Shown: in pieces, positions 27,826 through 41,759 of the stretch | How the letters are laid out: every line of letters begins with the position of its first letter | How positions within the stretch are numbered: position 1 is the first letter of the stretch | NCBI RefSeq assembly: GCF_006345805.1 | Contig: NC_043000.1 | Location: 18,352,001-18,416,000, forward strand | Direction of reading: 5' to 3' | Source of the DNA: Octopus sinensis | Taxonomy: Eukaryota | DNA length: 64,000 nucleotides | Position numbers and translations under genes: made by a program | Notes under the pieces: generated by a model | What the model saw: only the letters and a program-made list of their open reading frames with translations | The model's database searches: none | Told to the model about the DNA's origin: nothing

Positions 27826-27974
27826 GTAATGTTTGGATAATATCCACAGTCTCAGTTGGTCATGCTTAGGAACCCAGCCAGAGAATTTAATGATGATTGC
27901 TTTTGATAGGACTCTATGAAGGAGCTGCATAAGAATTCTACTCTGGTGGTTTTCCTAAGAATAGTGAGCAGATA

Positions 27975-28925
27975 TCATCATTATTATTTAACGTCCATTG
28001 TCCATGCTGGCATGGGTTGGATGATTTAACCGGGCTGGCATGTTGGAAAGGCTGCACCAGACTCCAGTCTGATTTGGCACGGTTTTCTATGGCTGGATGC
28101 CCTTCCTAATCCCAAACATTCCAAGTGTAATGGGTGCTTTTACATGCCACTGGCATGTGAAAACGCCAACTACACTGAAAGTGTAATAGGTGCTTTTACA
28201 TGCCACCAGCATAGGTGCCAGATTGCATGACACCAGTATCTGCCATGACTGCAATTTTGCTTGGCTTGATGGTTCTTCTTCTCAAGCGCAACATAATGCC
28301 AATGGTCTTGGTCATTGCCTCCATGAGGGCCAACACTTGAAAGGAACTCAGCCACTTTGCCTCCATGAGGGCCAACACTTGAAAGGAACTCAGCCACTTT
28401 GCCTCAATGAGGGCCAACACTTGAAAGGAACTCAGCCACTTTGCCTCTGTGAGGTCCAATGCTCAAAAGGTGTCCTTTACATTAAGGATGCATTTGACTT
28501 GATGGGTCCTCTCAAACACAGCACATCACCAAAGGTCTCTGTCACTAGTCATTGTCTCTGTGAGGGACAAAGTTTGAAGATCATGCTTCACTACCTTCTT
28601 CCATGTCTTCTTGGGTCTACCACCACAGTTAGAGATCAGTACTTCTTTACACAGCTGTCCTCATCCATACACATCACATGACCATACCAGTGCAGTTGTC
28701 TCTCTTGTACACCACATCTGATGCCTCTTATGCCTAACTTTTCTCGCAAGATGCTTACATTCTGTCTAACATGCACACTGACATTGCACATCCACTGAAG
28801 CATACTGGCTTCATTTCTTTCAAGCCTATGCATGTCTTTGGCTGCCACAGCCCATGTTCCACTGCCATGCAGCATAGCTGTTCGCACACAGGCATCAAAC
28901 AATCTGCCTTTCACTCTGGGAAAGA
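27975..28925 (-). mobile_element. RTE/RTEX-like LINE 3' fragment: ORF2 C-terminus continuous with the (GAT)n-tailed 3'UTR
   Basis: [72 protein letters not shown], then the UTR family sequence to the tail. Confidence 0.85.
28315..28470. repeat. 42-bp tandem repeat, 3 copies plus a partial
   Basis: ttgcctccatgagggccaacacttgaaaggaactcagccact starting at 28315, 28357, 28399, 28441. Confidence 0.9.
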
Positions 28926-29000
28926 GGCTTTGTATAGTGATATATGTATATGTATATATGTATATATATGTATATGTATATATGTATATGTATATATATA

Positions 29001-29042
<42 letters not shown>

Positions 29043-29124
29043 TGTACATGCATGCATGCATACATACAATTACATACAAATACATGATATATATACATGA
29101 TATATATATATATATATATATACA

Positions 29125-29172
<48 letters not shown>

Positions 29173-29714
29173 GCTGGTCATTCACTCTATTTTAAGTATA
29201 ACCACTTTCGCATGACAGACATATATATATTTGTAACAGGTTTTGTAGCTTTTCTATCAAGGACCTCAAATGATTACTTAGGCTCTGATATAGATTTAAA
29301 TTTTTTATGACAAATCTAATGCAAAATTTTGTCAAGTGTAATATCAGCACACTCCTGGGCATTTATCCAGAAAGGATTTCCAGCCCAGTAGCGGGTGAGT
29401 GCATTTATAGACATAAAGTACAACAGTACAAATATTGCTGGAGCTGTGTGAATGTAAGCATCCTCTGTTGCTCTCCTGATATGTGACCTTTCATGGATGA
29501 CAAGCCTGGCTTCTGAAAGCGTAATGCAACTACAGGCTATGCATGTGAGACTGTCTCTGGGTAATCTACCATGCAGAACTTTAGCATCCTGCTGATTTTA
29601 AAGTATTATATTTCACTATTTGACGAGCAATTTGAATTTTCTCAAACTACAGGCTGTTCTTAATAGACCACCATTCCTTTCTGTTCCTAGTGGTTGATTG
29701 CAATGAATAGCATT

Positions 29715-30230
29715 AATCTTTTATCTTTTACTTGTTTCAGTTATGAGACTGTGGCCATGCTGGGGCACTGCCTTGAAGAAATTTGAATAGGCATAATTTG
29801 CTTAATTTTTTAAAGCCTGGTATTTATTCTATCATTCTCTTTTGCTGAACCACTAAGTTACAGCGATGTAAACACACAAAGATCTGTTGTCAAACAGTAG
29901 TGGGGACAAACACAGACACAGACACACACACGCACACACGCACACACACACACACACACACACATACACACACACATACACACACATGCACACACACATG
30001 CACAGGCACACACATATATGCACACATGCACACTCACACACATACATGCATGGATACGCACGTGTGAACACACACAAGCACACACATGATGAGCTTCTTT
30101 CAGCTTCTGTCTACCATGTCCACTCACAAGGCATTGAGTGGGCCAAGATCATAATAGAAGACACTTGCACAAAGTGCCACATTGTGGCACTGAACTTGGA
30201 ACTTTTGGCTAGGAAGCAAACTTCTTAGCA
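29715..30230 (-). mobile_element. Old SINE family B copy with expanded (CA)n centre
   Basis: Diverged family motifs. Confidence 0.65.
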
Positions 30231-30675
30231 CACTGTCTGCTGAGATTTACTTCTCTAGTGTCCCATATACAACTGAAGCATTCCCAGTCATTAAGTTTAT
30301 TTCAAAATCTAAGGATCCATTCCTGGAGGCAGAGCTACAGGTTACAACAAAGAATCCGCTACGTCCCTTGCTCCAGGCACAAGCAATAAGAAAGACTCAT
30401 TATTTTCTGAATACCTCGTTTTGAGTGAGCCATAAGACGAAAATTACTGGTATATAACAATTCACAATCTAGAGTTGCAAAGGCCTTGGATGGCATACTG
30501 CATGCATATATACATACATTCATGCATGCTCGAACAATGACATACATACATACATATATACAAACAAAAATACCTTGTTGTTGATGTTGAAATTCCAATG
30601 AAGGAACCTTGGGTCCAAGTTAGAAACCAGTTCTTTCTCTATTGGCAAGAAATCTTGAAATAAACTGAATAATGA

Positions 30676-31414
30676 CATACGTACATGCATGCATACATAC
30701 ATACATACATACATACATACATGCATACATACATACATGCATGCTTGCATGCATACATCCATGCATACATACATACATACATGCATGCATGCATGCATAC
30801 ATACATACATACATACATGCATACATACATACATGCATGCTTGCATGCATACATGCATGCATGCATACATGCATGCATGCATGCATGCATACATACATAC
30901 ATACATGCATGCATGCATGCATGCATACATACATACATACATACATGCATGCATGCATACATACATACATACATGCATACATGCATGCATACATAAATAC
31001 ATACATACATACATACATACATGCATGCATGCATACATACATGCATGCATACATACATGCATGCATACATACATACATGCATACATACATACATACATAC
31101 ATACATACATACATACATACATACATACATACATACATACATACATGCATACACGCATACATACATACATACATACTACATATATACATACATGCATACA
31201 CGCATACATACCTACATACATACATACATACATACACGCTCACATGTATGTATGTATGTATGTATGTATACAGTTAACCATTTATCTGTCCATTAAACCT
31301 CAAGTGTCTATTTCTTTGTCTAAGCACTGATCATTCAAACTGTCTTTTATCTATCAGTCTTTTTTTCTATCTGTCTCTCTGCTTGTCTGTCTATCTATCT
31401 ATCTATCTATCAAC

Positions 31415-31463
<49 letters not shown>

Positions 31464-31479
31464 AACCTATCTATTTCTG

Positions 31480-31555
<76 letters not shown>

Positions 31556-31604
31556 CCTACCTACCTACTTACCTACCTGTCTCTCTGTCTGCTTGTCTGT
31601 CTGC

Positions 31605-31681
<77 letters not shown>

Positions 31682-31735
31682 AACCTACCTACCTACCTAC
31701 CTACCTACCTTACCTACCTACCTACCTACCTATCA
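30676..31735. repeat. (CATA/CATG)n then (TCTA/CCTA)n tetranucleotide arrays
   Basis: Direct reading. Confidence 0.95.
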
Positions 31736-32145
31736 GCATACTTATCAATGTTCATCTCATCTATCTACCAACCAGCTGTCCATCCATGTGTCTAACTCAC
31801 GGCCTGTTTTGCAGAGGCAAGTTCAATTTGTATACTAATTTAAGATCCAACGAATAATTTCTTACAAATTACCAGCAAAACTAATTAGGGTCCTCTTTAT
31901 TAATTGAATTATTCTTCAATATATCCCTGAGCTCTTGCTCCTATCATCTACATGGCACTGTCTCTGAGAACATGTAACAACAGATGATCCTCCATTGCAC
32001 TGATATTTGTGTGTGTACATGTATGTATGTGTGTGTGTGTGTGTGCGTTTCAATACATGTTATGTATGAGTACTTGAGTGTGTAACTATATATATATACG
32101 TGTATATATGCATGTGTATACATGTGTGTATCTGTAATCCTGAGT

Positions 32146-32176
<31 letters not shown>

Positions 32177-32244
32177 GTATATGTGTATGTGTGTGCGTAT
32201 ATATATATATATATATAAGTACATGGTATAGATATTATATATAC

Positions 32245-32640
32245 ACTAGCAGTATCGCCCGGCGTTGCTCGGGTTTTGTTTCGACCCTTTAGAATTGGAA
32301 TTTTTGAAAGGTAAAAATTTTGCATTATGTAGCTTGTTATTCTCTTTAAGTGAACATTTTTCTGGTTGAAATACACCGAAAAATGGTGACACAGCAGTAA
32401 AAAAATCGTAAAAAATTGGGATTTTCATAGAAAAAAAAACACCTTTTTGATGTAAATAATTTTTGGTGTTAACATGGTCCGATTTGAATTTTTTCTTCTA
32501 CGGAAGGAAGAGCAAGCCTTCTTCTATCATACTCTCAATTTTGGTCAACTTGCGCCACAGGGTCTCGGAGGAGATAGTGTTAGTTGAAGGCTACCAAACC
32601 TGCCATACACAGACAACTTCAGCTTTATATATAGAGAGAT
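32245..32640 (+). mobile_element. Non-autonomous Helitron-like element (Lep1/HINE-type architecture)
   Basis: 5' actagcagtatcgcccggcgttgctcggg hairpin start; 3' acagacaacttcagctttatatatagagag. Confidence 0.6.
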
Positions 32641-32767
32641 TTCATCATCATCATCATCATCGTTTAACGTCCGTACACCATGCTAGCATGGGTTGGACGG
32701 TTCGACCGGGGATCTGGGAAGCCAGAAGGCTGCACCAGGCTCCAGTCTTATCTGGAAATGTTGTTAT

Positions 32768-32837
32768 ATATTGTTATATTTGAGGATGGTCATCTTTTGC
32801 CAATAAACACACTATTTATTTGATCTTCTCTTTATTA

Positions 32838-32890
<53 letters not shown>

Positions 32891-33017
32891 GACCATCTAA
32901 TAATAATAATAATAATAATATAATAATAATAATATAATAATAAAGTTAAAGTGGACATCAAATGAATAGCGTGTGTGTTTATTGGCAAAATATGACCATC
33001 CCCAAATATAACAATAT
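32768..33017. repeat. Fold-back with ~57-61-bp arms enclosing (TTA)n and (TAA)n
   Basis: atattgttatatttgaggatggtcatcttttgccaataaacac..tgat / atcaaatg..gtttattggcaaaatatgaccatccccaaatataacaatat. Confidence 0.85.
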
Positions 33018-33065
33018 CCGTTTCAACACACAATTTCACATCATGAATCAGCAAAACATATGCAT

Positions 33066-33104
<39 letters not shown>

Positions 33105-33229
33105 CACACACGTATAAATGCATGTTTATATATACATATATGCATACACAAATGCATACAACTCTGAATATTTATATATACTCACACATACATATGCGCA
33201 CAAAGATACACACACACATGCACACACAT

Positions 33230-33263
<34 letters not shown>

Positions 33264-33452
33264 TAAACGATGGTGATGATAATATTTACAAATATACATA
33301 CAAACACACAGAATGTCACACTGATATAGATTTAGCCTTATAGTTCGTTATTCTCTTCATTACACAGGTATGTGTGAACTTATGCATGTATGTATGCTTG
33401 TAGATATTTGTATACACACACACACACATGCACACACACACACACACACACA

Positions 33453-33497
<45 letters not shown>

Positions 33498-34120
33498 ATG
33501 GGCATCCAGCCATAGAAACCATGTCAAAACTGCTAACTGGAACTGGGTGTAGTCCTCTAGCTTGCCAGTTCCTGTCAAACCATCCAGCCAAGGCCAACAC
33601 GGAAAACGGACACTAAATGGTAGTGTTGATGATGATGATGACATAAATACACACAACACACACACACACACATATGTATATGTACATGTGTCATATACCT
33701 GAGTCACCTTGGAATATTTACATCATCAGAGCTGTTTATAATACATATATTCATACTATATACATACACACACTCACGTGTGTGTGTGCATCCGTGTGTG
33801 TGTGCATCCGTGTGTATGTGTATGTGTGTGTGTGTGTGTGTGTGTGTATGTAGAGACCAATAGAATAATTACTAGGCTTACAAAGAAGTCCTGGGTCGAT
33901 TTGTTCGATTAAAGGTGGTGCTCCAACATGGCCACAGTCAAATGACTGAAACAAATAAAAGAATTTATATATATATATATATTACATACATATAATATAA
34001 TATAATATAATTTTCTGAACCTTCAGATTTTAATATGCTAGACCATTGGTTTTAAATTGATATTAATCAACTTAATATTCAATATTCAATATTTTACCCT
34101 TATTATTTTAAATTTAAATT

Positions 34121-34151
<31 letters not shown>

Positions 34152-34158
34152 TTGTATA

Positions 34159-34245
<87 letters not shown>

Positions 34246-34734
34246 TGTATGTATGTATCATCATCATCATCGTATAACGTCTGCTTTCCATGCCAGCATG
34301 GGTTGGACGATTTGACTGAGTTCTGGCAAACCAGACTCCAATCTGATCTAGTGGAGTTTCTACAGCTGGATGCCCTTCCTAATGCCAACCACTCCGAGGT
34401 ATGTATGTATAAATGTAAGATCCAAGCATTGAGGTGTAGGAAGGTTAACTTCAAACAAACCTTGGCAAATATATAAAACAACTTTCGAGGACAAGACTGG
34501 TTTATCGATGCAGAAGGCTGTGGAGCTTCTCCATATTGAAGTATAGTATGCTGAAAAAAATTGTCTTATATTTCAAGGTAGGCAGACAAGGTTGCCAGGT
34601 GTATGAATAAAGATACCTTTGGCCTGAAAAGTAGCCTGCAGTGTACATCTCACTTGGATATTTACCACTTCTGCTCACTATGAAACATATGTTGTCACAA
34701 TCTCCTCTGGTTTGCTTGCTCATCCCCACTCAAC

Positions 34735-35090
34735 TCATGGACACAAGCAACGATTTCTTTACCGAATCGTTACTGGCGACGAAAAATAGTGCCTATACAT
34801 CAATATGAAGCAGTGTAAGGAATGGCTTAGCCCCAGTAAACAAGCGACACTGCGCGTGAAACAAGATCTTCATCCGTATAAAACGATGTTATGTGTATGG
34901 TGGGACTGGGAAGGGATTATCCATTATGAATTGCTTGAATGGAACCAAATGGTCAACACAGAACTCTATGTACAACAGATGGAACGACTCAACACAGCTG
35001 TTCAAGAGAAAAGACCTAATCGGCAGCATGGAGTTCTTCTGCTGCACGACAACACCCACCCTCATATCGCCAATATGACCAAGGAAGTAG
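34735..35090 (+). pseudogene. mariner-family transposase fragment (catalytic DD34D region)
   Basis: FLYRIVTGDEK*CLY..DLHPYKTMLCVWWDWEGIIHYELL..VLLLHDNTHPH; truncated by SINE B. Confidence 0.9.
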
Positions 35091-35485
35091 ATTGCTTACA
35101 AACCACATGGTTCCAGGTTCAGTCCCACTGTGTGGCACCTTGGGCAAGTGTCTTCTACTATAGCCTCGGGCTGACTAAAGCCTTGTGAGTGGATTTGGTA
35201 GACAGAAACTGAAAGAAGCCTGTCGTATATATGTGTGTATATATATATATGTACGTGTGTGTATATATTTGTGTGTCTGTGTTTGTCCCCCCCCCCCAAC
35301 ATCACTTGACAGCAAATGCTGGTGTGTTTACGTTCCCGTAACTTAGCGGTTCGGCAAAAGAGATTGATAGAATAAGTACTAGGCTTACAAAGAATAAGTC
35401 CTGGGGGCGATTTGCTTGACTAAAGGCGGTGCTCCAGCATGGCCACAGTCACATGACTGAAACAAGTAAAAGAGTAAAAGAGTAA
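35091..35485 (+). mobile_element. SINE family B
   Basis: Family motifs. Confidence 0.85.
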
Positions 35486-35888
35486 GATTATTTGCAACAA
35501 TTGGTTTTCAAATACAGCTTTTCTTTGATGAGATACGTGTCTTCTTCATTCATCCAAGGATCTCAAAAACTGACGCACTTTGTATAAACACACACAAACG
35601 TGTGTATGTATGTGTGTGTATGTGTGTGTGTATCTCTTTATATGTGTGAAATATAATCACACAACTATTCATGAAAATCACCTTATAATGTTTAATCAGT
35701 TGCTCAATTGATAAAATCACTTACAAAAAGGAAGATAGATAAAAAAAATATATGAATAACAACTAGGACAGCAGAGCAAAAAGTAGGACCATCATCATCA
35801 TCATCGTAGTCGTCGTGGTCGTGGTCATCATCATCATCACATCATCATCATCATCAGCAGCAGCAGCATCAGCAGCATCACCACCACC

Positions 35889-35946
<58 letters not shown>

Positions 35947-36011
35947 CCATCACCATCACCATCACCACCATTTCTATCTCTTTTTCAGATCATAGTGCAA
36001 ATTAAGCTAAG

Positions 36012-36715
36012 ATGCATGACCTCACTGAGTCTGAAAAAGGGCAAATTGTTGGAGCTCAAATGGTAGGAGCTTCTGTTACTAGAACAGCTGAACTCCTTGG
36101 TTTTTCAAGAGCTACCATATCAAAGACCATAACTGAATTTGGGAAACAGGCCAAAACCTCCAGCAGGAGGAATAAGTCCAGCAGGACTTTGAAGCTCACT
36201 GAAAGAGATTGGTAAGTGTGGAATCACATTGTGATGAAAAACCACCAGACAATTGCTCCTAAAGTGTCTACAGAGTTGAATCAACATTTGACTAGCCCAG
36301 TTTCGACCAAAACTGTTTGCTATGAGCTCAATAAAGCTGGATATCATGGAGCAACTGCCATCAGGAAACCTCTGCTTTCCCATCAAAACATTCAGAAAAG
36401 GCTGAACTGGTGTAGAGAGCACAAGGGCTGGTCAACAGACTAATGGAAGTAAGTAATATTCTCCCATGAGTCCAGTTTTTCTCTTTTCCCCACCGCAGGC
36501 TGAGTTTATGTGTGGAAGCAACTTGGGAAAGCTTTTAATCCTGACTGCCTTCTTCCTACAAAGAAGCATGGAGAGGGTCTGTGATAGTTTGGGCAGCCAT
36601 TTCTTGGAATTCTCTTGGTCCAATCGTTGCCCTGCATGGTAGGATGAACAGTAATAATTATCTGAATATTTTTGGAAATCAAGTCCTTCCCATGGTCCAG
36701 ACATTATTCCCTGAT
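36012..36715 (+). pseudogene. Tc1-family transposase pseudogene
   Basis: DLTESEKGQIVGA..A.LLGFSRATISK (HTH); RKPLLS..RLNWCREHKGW..W..VIFSHESSF; KHGG..V.VWAAISWNSLGP; several stops. Confidence 0.9.
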
Positions 36716-36769
36716 TCTTAAACATGCACTTTATTTTAGTGGTTCCAAGGAAGCTACATGATGTTGCAC

Positions 36770-38720
36770 AAGCATCATCATCATTCATCATTGTTCGACC
36801 GTGGTCGAGACAATGGAATTTACCATGCTACGCCAGACTTCACGGTCCATCATGGCATTACGGAGGTCCTGTTGCTGGATGCCTGTATCCCTGGAGATTA
36901 CATCAGGGTAAGAGAGTATGCGTACTCTGGTATTGTGAGTAGATGGCTTCCAGAGGAGAAGAGTAGAAATTACTTCTTTTTCAGTTCTACAACAATGTCC
37001 AGCAAACTGGACTCTCTTACCTTTCACAAGAGATGACACAGGTGCTAGTTTCCCATGTATTTGCATTTTGGTTGGATGGTGCTTCAACGAGAGATTTTGA
37101 GCTCTCATAAGGAGGCGAGTGTAGGTTCCATCCAACCACCTCTCAAGCTTCTTTGATAACGTCCAGGTTTCTGAGCCATATAGTAGAATTGGTTCGACTG
37201 TGGCTTTGAAAATTTCAAGTTTGAAGTCTCTACTTAGATTTGATGACCAGATCTTATGCATGTCATTACAGGCTGACCAGGCCATACCCTTTCTAGTTAG
37301 AAAGTCTTTTCCAGATGATGATATGTATGACCCAAGATATTTGTAATCAGAAACCATATTTAAGGGCGCATTGTTGAGAGTATGGATGATGCAATCACTG
37401 TTGGACAGGCACTTGTTTATGTATTCAGTCTTGGCCTCATTGAGGTAAAGACCTACACAATTTGAGGCTTGTTCAAGAGATTGTAAAAGAGACTGGGCAT
37501 TGGAGAGAGAATCACTGATAAGAGCGATGTCATCAGCAAAGTCAGTGTCTGTCAAGTACTCAGCTGGGTGTCTGGAACTTCTTCTTGGTTTTATTTCAAA
37601 GCCCTTACCAGAAATGGTATCAACTGACATACGTAGCACAAAATCAACAACAATGATGAAAAGAAATGGGGCGAGTGTGTCTCCCTGCAGTATTCCGGCT
37701 TTGATTGAGAAAGATGATGTTTCTCCATCAGGGGTTAAGATGGTTGAAGACGTATCTGTGTAGAGGACCTTGATGGCAGAAATAATTTTGTCTGGTATCC
37801 ATAGAGCTTAGGATTTCAAACATCTTGTACCTATCTACAGAATCGAACGCTTTAGAAAAGTCTACAAATACCATTGCAAGATTGCGATTAAATGCTTTTG
37901 ATTCTTCAATAAGTCTGTGTAGGCATAGTATCTGGCTCAGCGTTGAGCGCCCATGTCTGAATCCATTTTGGTTCTTTCGGAGCAAAGGTTCAACAAAAAG
38001 GACAAGACGATTTAGGATCTGTTTGTTGTACAGTTTTGCAGCAATTGACATTAGAGATATACCCCTGTAGTTGGTGACGAGGGATAAATGGCCTTTTTTG
38101 GGTATTGGGATGATTTGAGATTGGTGCCAAATCTTCGGAGCGACAAAGGTGGAAAGTGTGTGGTTGCAGAGGTTGAGCAAAAGTGTGTGAAATCTATCAT
38201 CCTTCCAAATTATAGCTGGGATGTTGTCGGGACCAAATGCTTTTGAGGCTTTTAGTTGCTTGGTGGCTGCTGTTAGTTCAGATATGGTAAAAGGGGAGGT
38301 GTTGATGTCCAGCGAGTCTGATATAGGCATACTTGGAAGAGTAGGGTTATCAAGGATTTTGGCATTCTTCCCAAGGAGGTTTTTAAAATGGGTTGACCAA
38401 TTTTCTAAACGCTTCTTAGCTGATCCCCCTTTAATTCTAATTGATGACCCAGAATTTTTGCCTGATAGGTCTTTGATGGATTTCCAGGCGAGATGGTGTT
38501 TTTTACTAATGTGCTCTTTGGATAGTTTACTAATTTTGCCATTGATAAAGTCGACCTCGGCATTCAAGTAAGCCTCATCAAGATTCTTCTTGGCAGCTAT
38601 GAGTTGGATCTTCAGTGACTGGGATGGAGAACGGTGGTAAGCTAGTGATATAGACTTTGGGTGGTTTCTGGCTTTGATGACATTTGGGGAATTAGTAGCA
38701 CTCAGCTTGGAATGCATTGC
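36770..38720 (-). mobile_element. 5'-truncated RTE-group LINE ORF2 (RT + C-terminus), one frameshift near 37800, short (GAT)n tail
   Basis: KAFGPDNIP, IIPIPKKG..NYRGISL, QNGFRHGRST, FVDFSKAFDSV, GILQGDTLAPFLF, FADD, YKYLGS, LLYGSETWTL, FAGHC; stop at 36788 followed by tgatgatg. Confidence 0.92.
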
Positions 38721-38819
38721 TTTTTATTGCAGAAACAGTTGTAAGCTATGAAAATGATTACGTAATTTCTGCTCTTTTGTCATTAAATTAATTTCATACC
38801 TACCGACCTACCTACCTAC

Positions 38820-39595
38820 TTACATACATACATACATACATATGTACATACATGCATATGTACATACATACATACACACACATACATACATACAACATAC
38901 ATACATACATACATGCATGCATGCATACATACATACATACATACATACACACACCACATACATACAACATGCATACATACATAATACATACATACATACA
39001 TAATACATACATACATAATACATACATACATACATACATACATACACATACATACTACATACACACACATACAGCATACATACATAAACATACATACCTA
39101 ATACATACATACATACATACACACACATACATACATACATACATACATACTATGTACATACATCATATGTACATACATACAACACACACATACATACATA
39201 CATACATACATCACATACATACATACACATGCATGCTGCATACATACATACATACATACACACACACATACATACATGCTACAACATAATACATACATAC
39301 ATACATAATAATACATACATACATACACACACATACATACATACATACATACACACCACACCATACACACATACATACATACATACCATACATACATACA
39401 TACACACACACATACATACATGCATACATACATAATACATACATACATACATAATACATACATACATAATACATACATACATACATACACACACATACAT
39501 ACATACACACACACACACACATACATATATACATACATACATACATACATACATACATACATACATGCATATATATATACATGCATACATACACA
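38820..39595. repeat. (CATA)n microsatellite
   Basis: Direct reading. Confidence 0.95.
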
Positions 39596-40057
39596 TAATG
39601 TGGCCTAAGTGTGTCTTACATCATAAAGAAAAAGTTAAGTGGTTGATGTTCTGATTTCCACTCATTAACACAAACCACTTTATGATGTCCAATGATATAT
39701 GATGTCTTCCTTTCTGCCTCTTCATTGTTACTACAATGGTCTCTGTACTTCTGGGCTTACTAACTTTGTATCACCCACATTCAGCCATGTACACGGCAAC
39801 TGTTACTTGCCCCACCCAACTCCACACTACCCCCATCTCACTGCTTTAGTTACTGCCATTAAAAATCTTACAAAAGCCTGCTCAGCCATCCTCATTCTTT
39901 CTAATAATCTTTGCACCTTAATGAACTCGTTGTTTTCAAAGGAATATTCCAAAGAGATAGCTTCCGTGTGTTTTTATTTATATTGGCTCTAAAGCCAATG
40001 TTATTTCCTTTACAAAAATCGAGTGAGTCTACATTATAAAAAAAAAAAAAAATTCAC

Positions 40058-40475
40058 CAGGCGCAGGAGTGGCTGTGTGGTAAGTAGCTTGCTTACCAAC
40101 CACTTGGTTCCGGGTTCAGTCCCACTGCATGGCACCTTGGGCAAGTGTCTTCTGCTATAGCCCCGGGCCGACCAATGCCTTGTGAGTGGATTTGGTAGGC
40201 GGAAACTGAAAGAAGCCCGTCGTATATATGTATATATATATATGTGCGTGTATGTTTGTGTGTCTGTGTTTGTCCCCCTAGCATTGCTTGACAACCGATG
40301 CTGGTGTGTTTACGTCCCCGTTACTTAGCGGTTTGGCAAAAGAGACCGATAGAATAAGTACTGGGCTTACAAAAGAATAAGTCCCGGGGTCGAGTTGCTC
40401 GATTAAAGGCGGTGCTCCAGCATGGCCGGCCGCAGTCAAATGACTGAAACAAGTAAAAGAGTAAAGAGTAAAACA
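40058..40475 (+). mobile_element. SINE family B, full length
   Basis: Full motif set. Confidence 0.9.
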
Positions 40476-41029
40476 GTAATATAATCCACAATTTCTAATG
40501 ACCCAAACTAGAAATATCTACAATGTTTGGATAACAGCTGAATGGAATTTGGCCAAAACAAATATTTGCATTTGATAATTGAACACAGAAAACTGCTTTC
40601 TCAATGAAAAACATTAATATCATTGGTTTCGCTGTTTTCCCTGCTCCACAAAATAACTGCTACACATACCTAGGTTCTGTTAAAAGAATATCAAGCAAAA
40701 GTGTTACAGATAAAAAGATTTTACACTAGACTTTAAAAAAACCTGTTGAAGCTTTACTCTTATTCATCATCTTCATCATCATCATCGTCGTTTAACTTCA
40801 GCTTTCCATGCTAGCATTTGTTGGACGATTTGACTGAGGTCTGGCGAACCAGATTGCTGCACCAGACTTATAATAATGATGATAATTTTTTCTAATTTCG
40901 AAGATTGATTACATTGACCCGAAAATTCAACTGGTACTTGTTTTATTGAAGCTGGAAGGATGAAAGGCAAAGTCAACCGCGACAGAATTTGAACCCAGAA
41001 TATAAGGAGCCAAAATGTAATAATCAATA

Positions 41030-41465
41030 ATCATCATCATCATCATTATTGTTTAATATCCGCTTTCCATGCTAGCATGGGTTGGATGATTTGACTGAGG
41101 ACTGGCGAACCAGATGGCTGCACCAGACTCCAATCTGATCTGGCAGAGTTTCTACAGCTGGATGCCCTTCCTTACACCAACCACTCTGAGAGTGTAGTGG
41201 ATGCTTTAATATGCCACCGGCACGAGGGTCAGTCAGGTGGTACTGGCAACAGCCATGCTCAAATGGTGCTTTTTATGTGCCACCTGCACAGGAACCACTC
41301 CTGTGGCACTGGCAACGACCTCACTTGAATATTTCTTCACGTGCCACCAGCACAAATGCCAGTAAGGTGATGCAGGTAACAATCATGCTCGAATGGTGCT
41401 TTGTACGCACCATCGGCATGGAGGCCAGCTTGTGGCTCTGGCAACGTTCACGCTTATCATATGGC
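41030..41465 (-). mobile_element. (GAT)n-tailed LINE 3' end
   Basis: Family motifs. Confidence 0.8.
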
Positions 41466-41759
41466 AATGTCTCACAATGCATTTGTAGCACCAATAGCTG
41501 TATCATCATTTGAAATATTTGACCAGACTACAGAGGAATTCTGCACTATTGGCACTAAAAACTGCAAGATCATGTCAGACAGGTTTTAAGAGCTGAATAA
41601 TATCATTGAGATTGCATTCAATAAACACCTGTAACAAAAGCAGTTATATTAATCAAGTGTTCAAAAGTAGAGAGGGCAATATCTTATGAAATGTGAGTGA
41701 ACTCCTCAAGAACCACTCAGTGCTTGAAGGTATGCCATGCAACTTCAGAACTATTGAAT

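Noticed and set aside
39870-41628. Exon-like segments (41476-41628, about 39872-39990; also about 2509-2623) each open except for one TAA/TAG, tempting a stop-to-Trp A-to-I recoding model
   Set aside because: No recognisable protein, phases do not chain, and single-stop segments between AG and GT are common in AT-rich DNA. RNA evidence would be needed.
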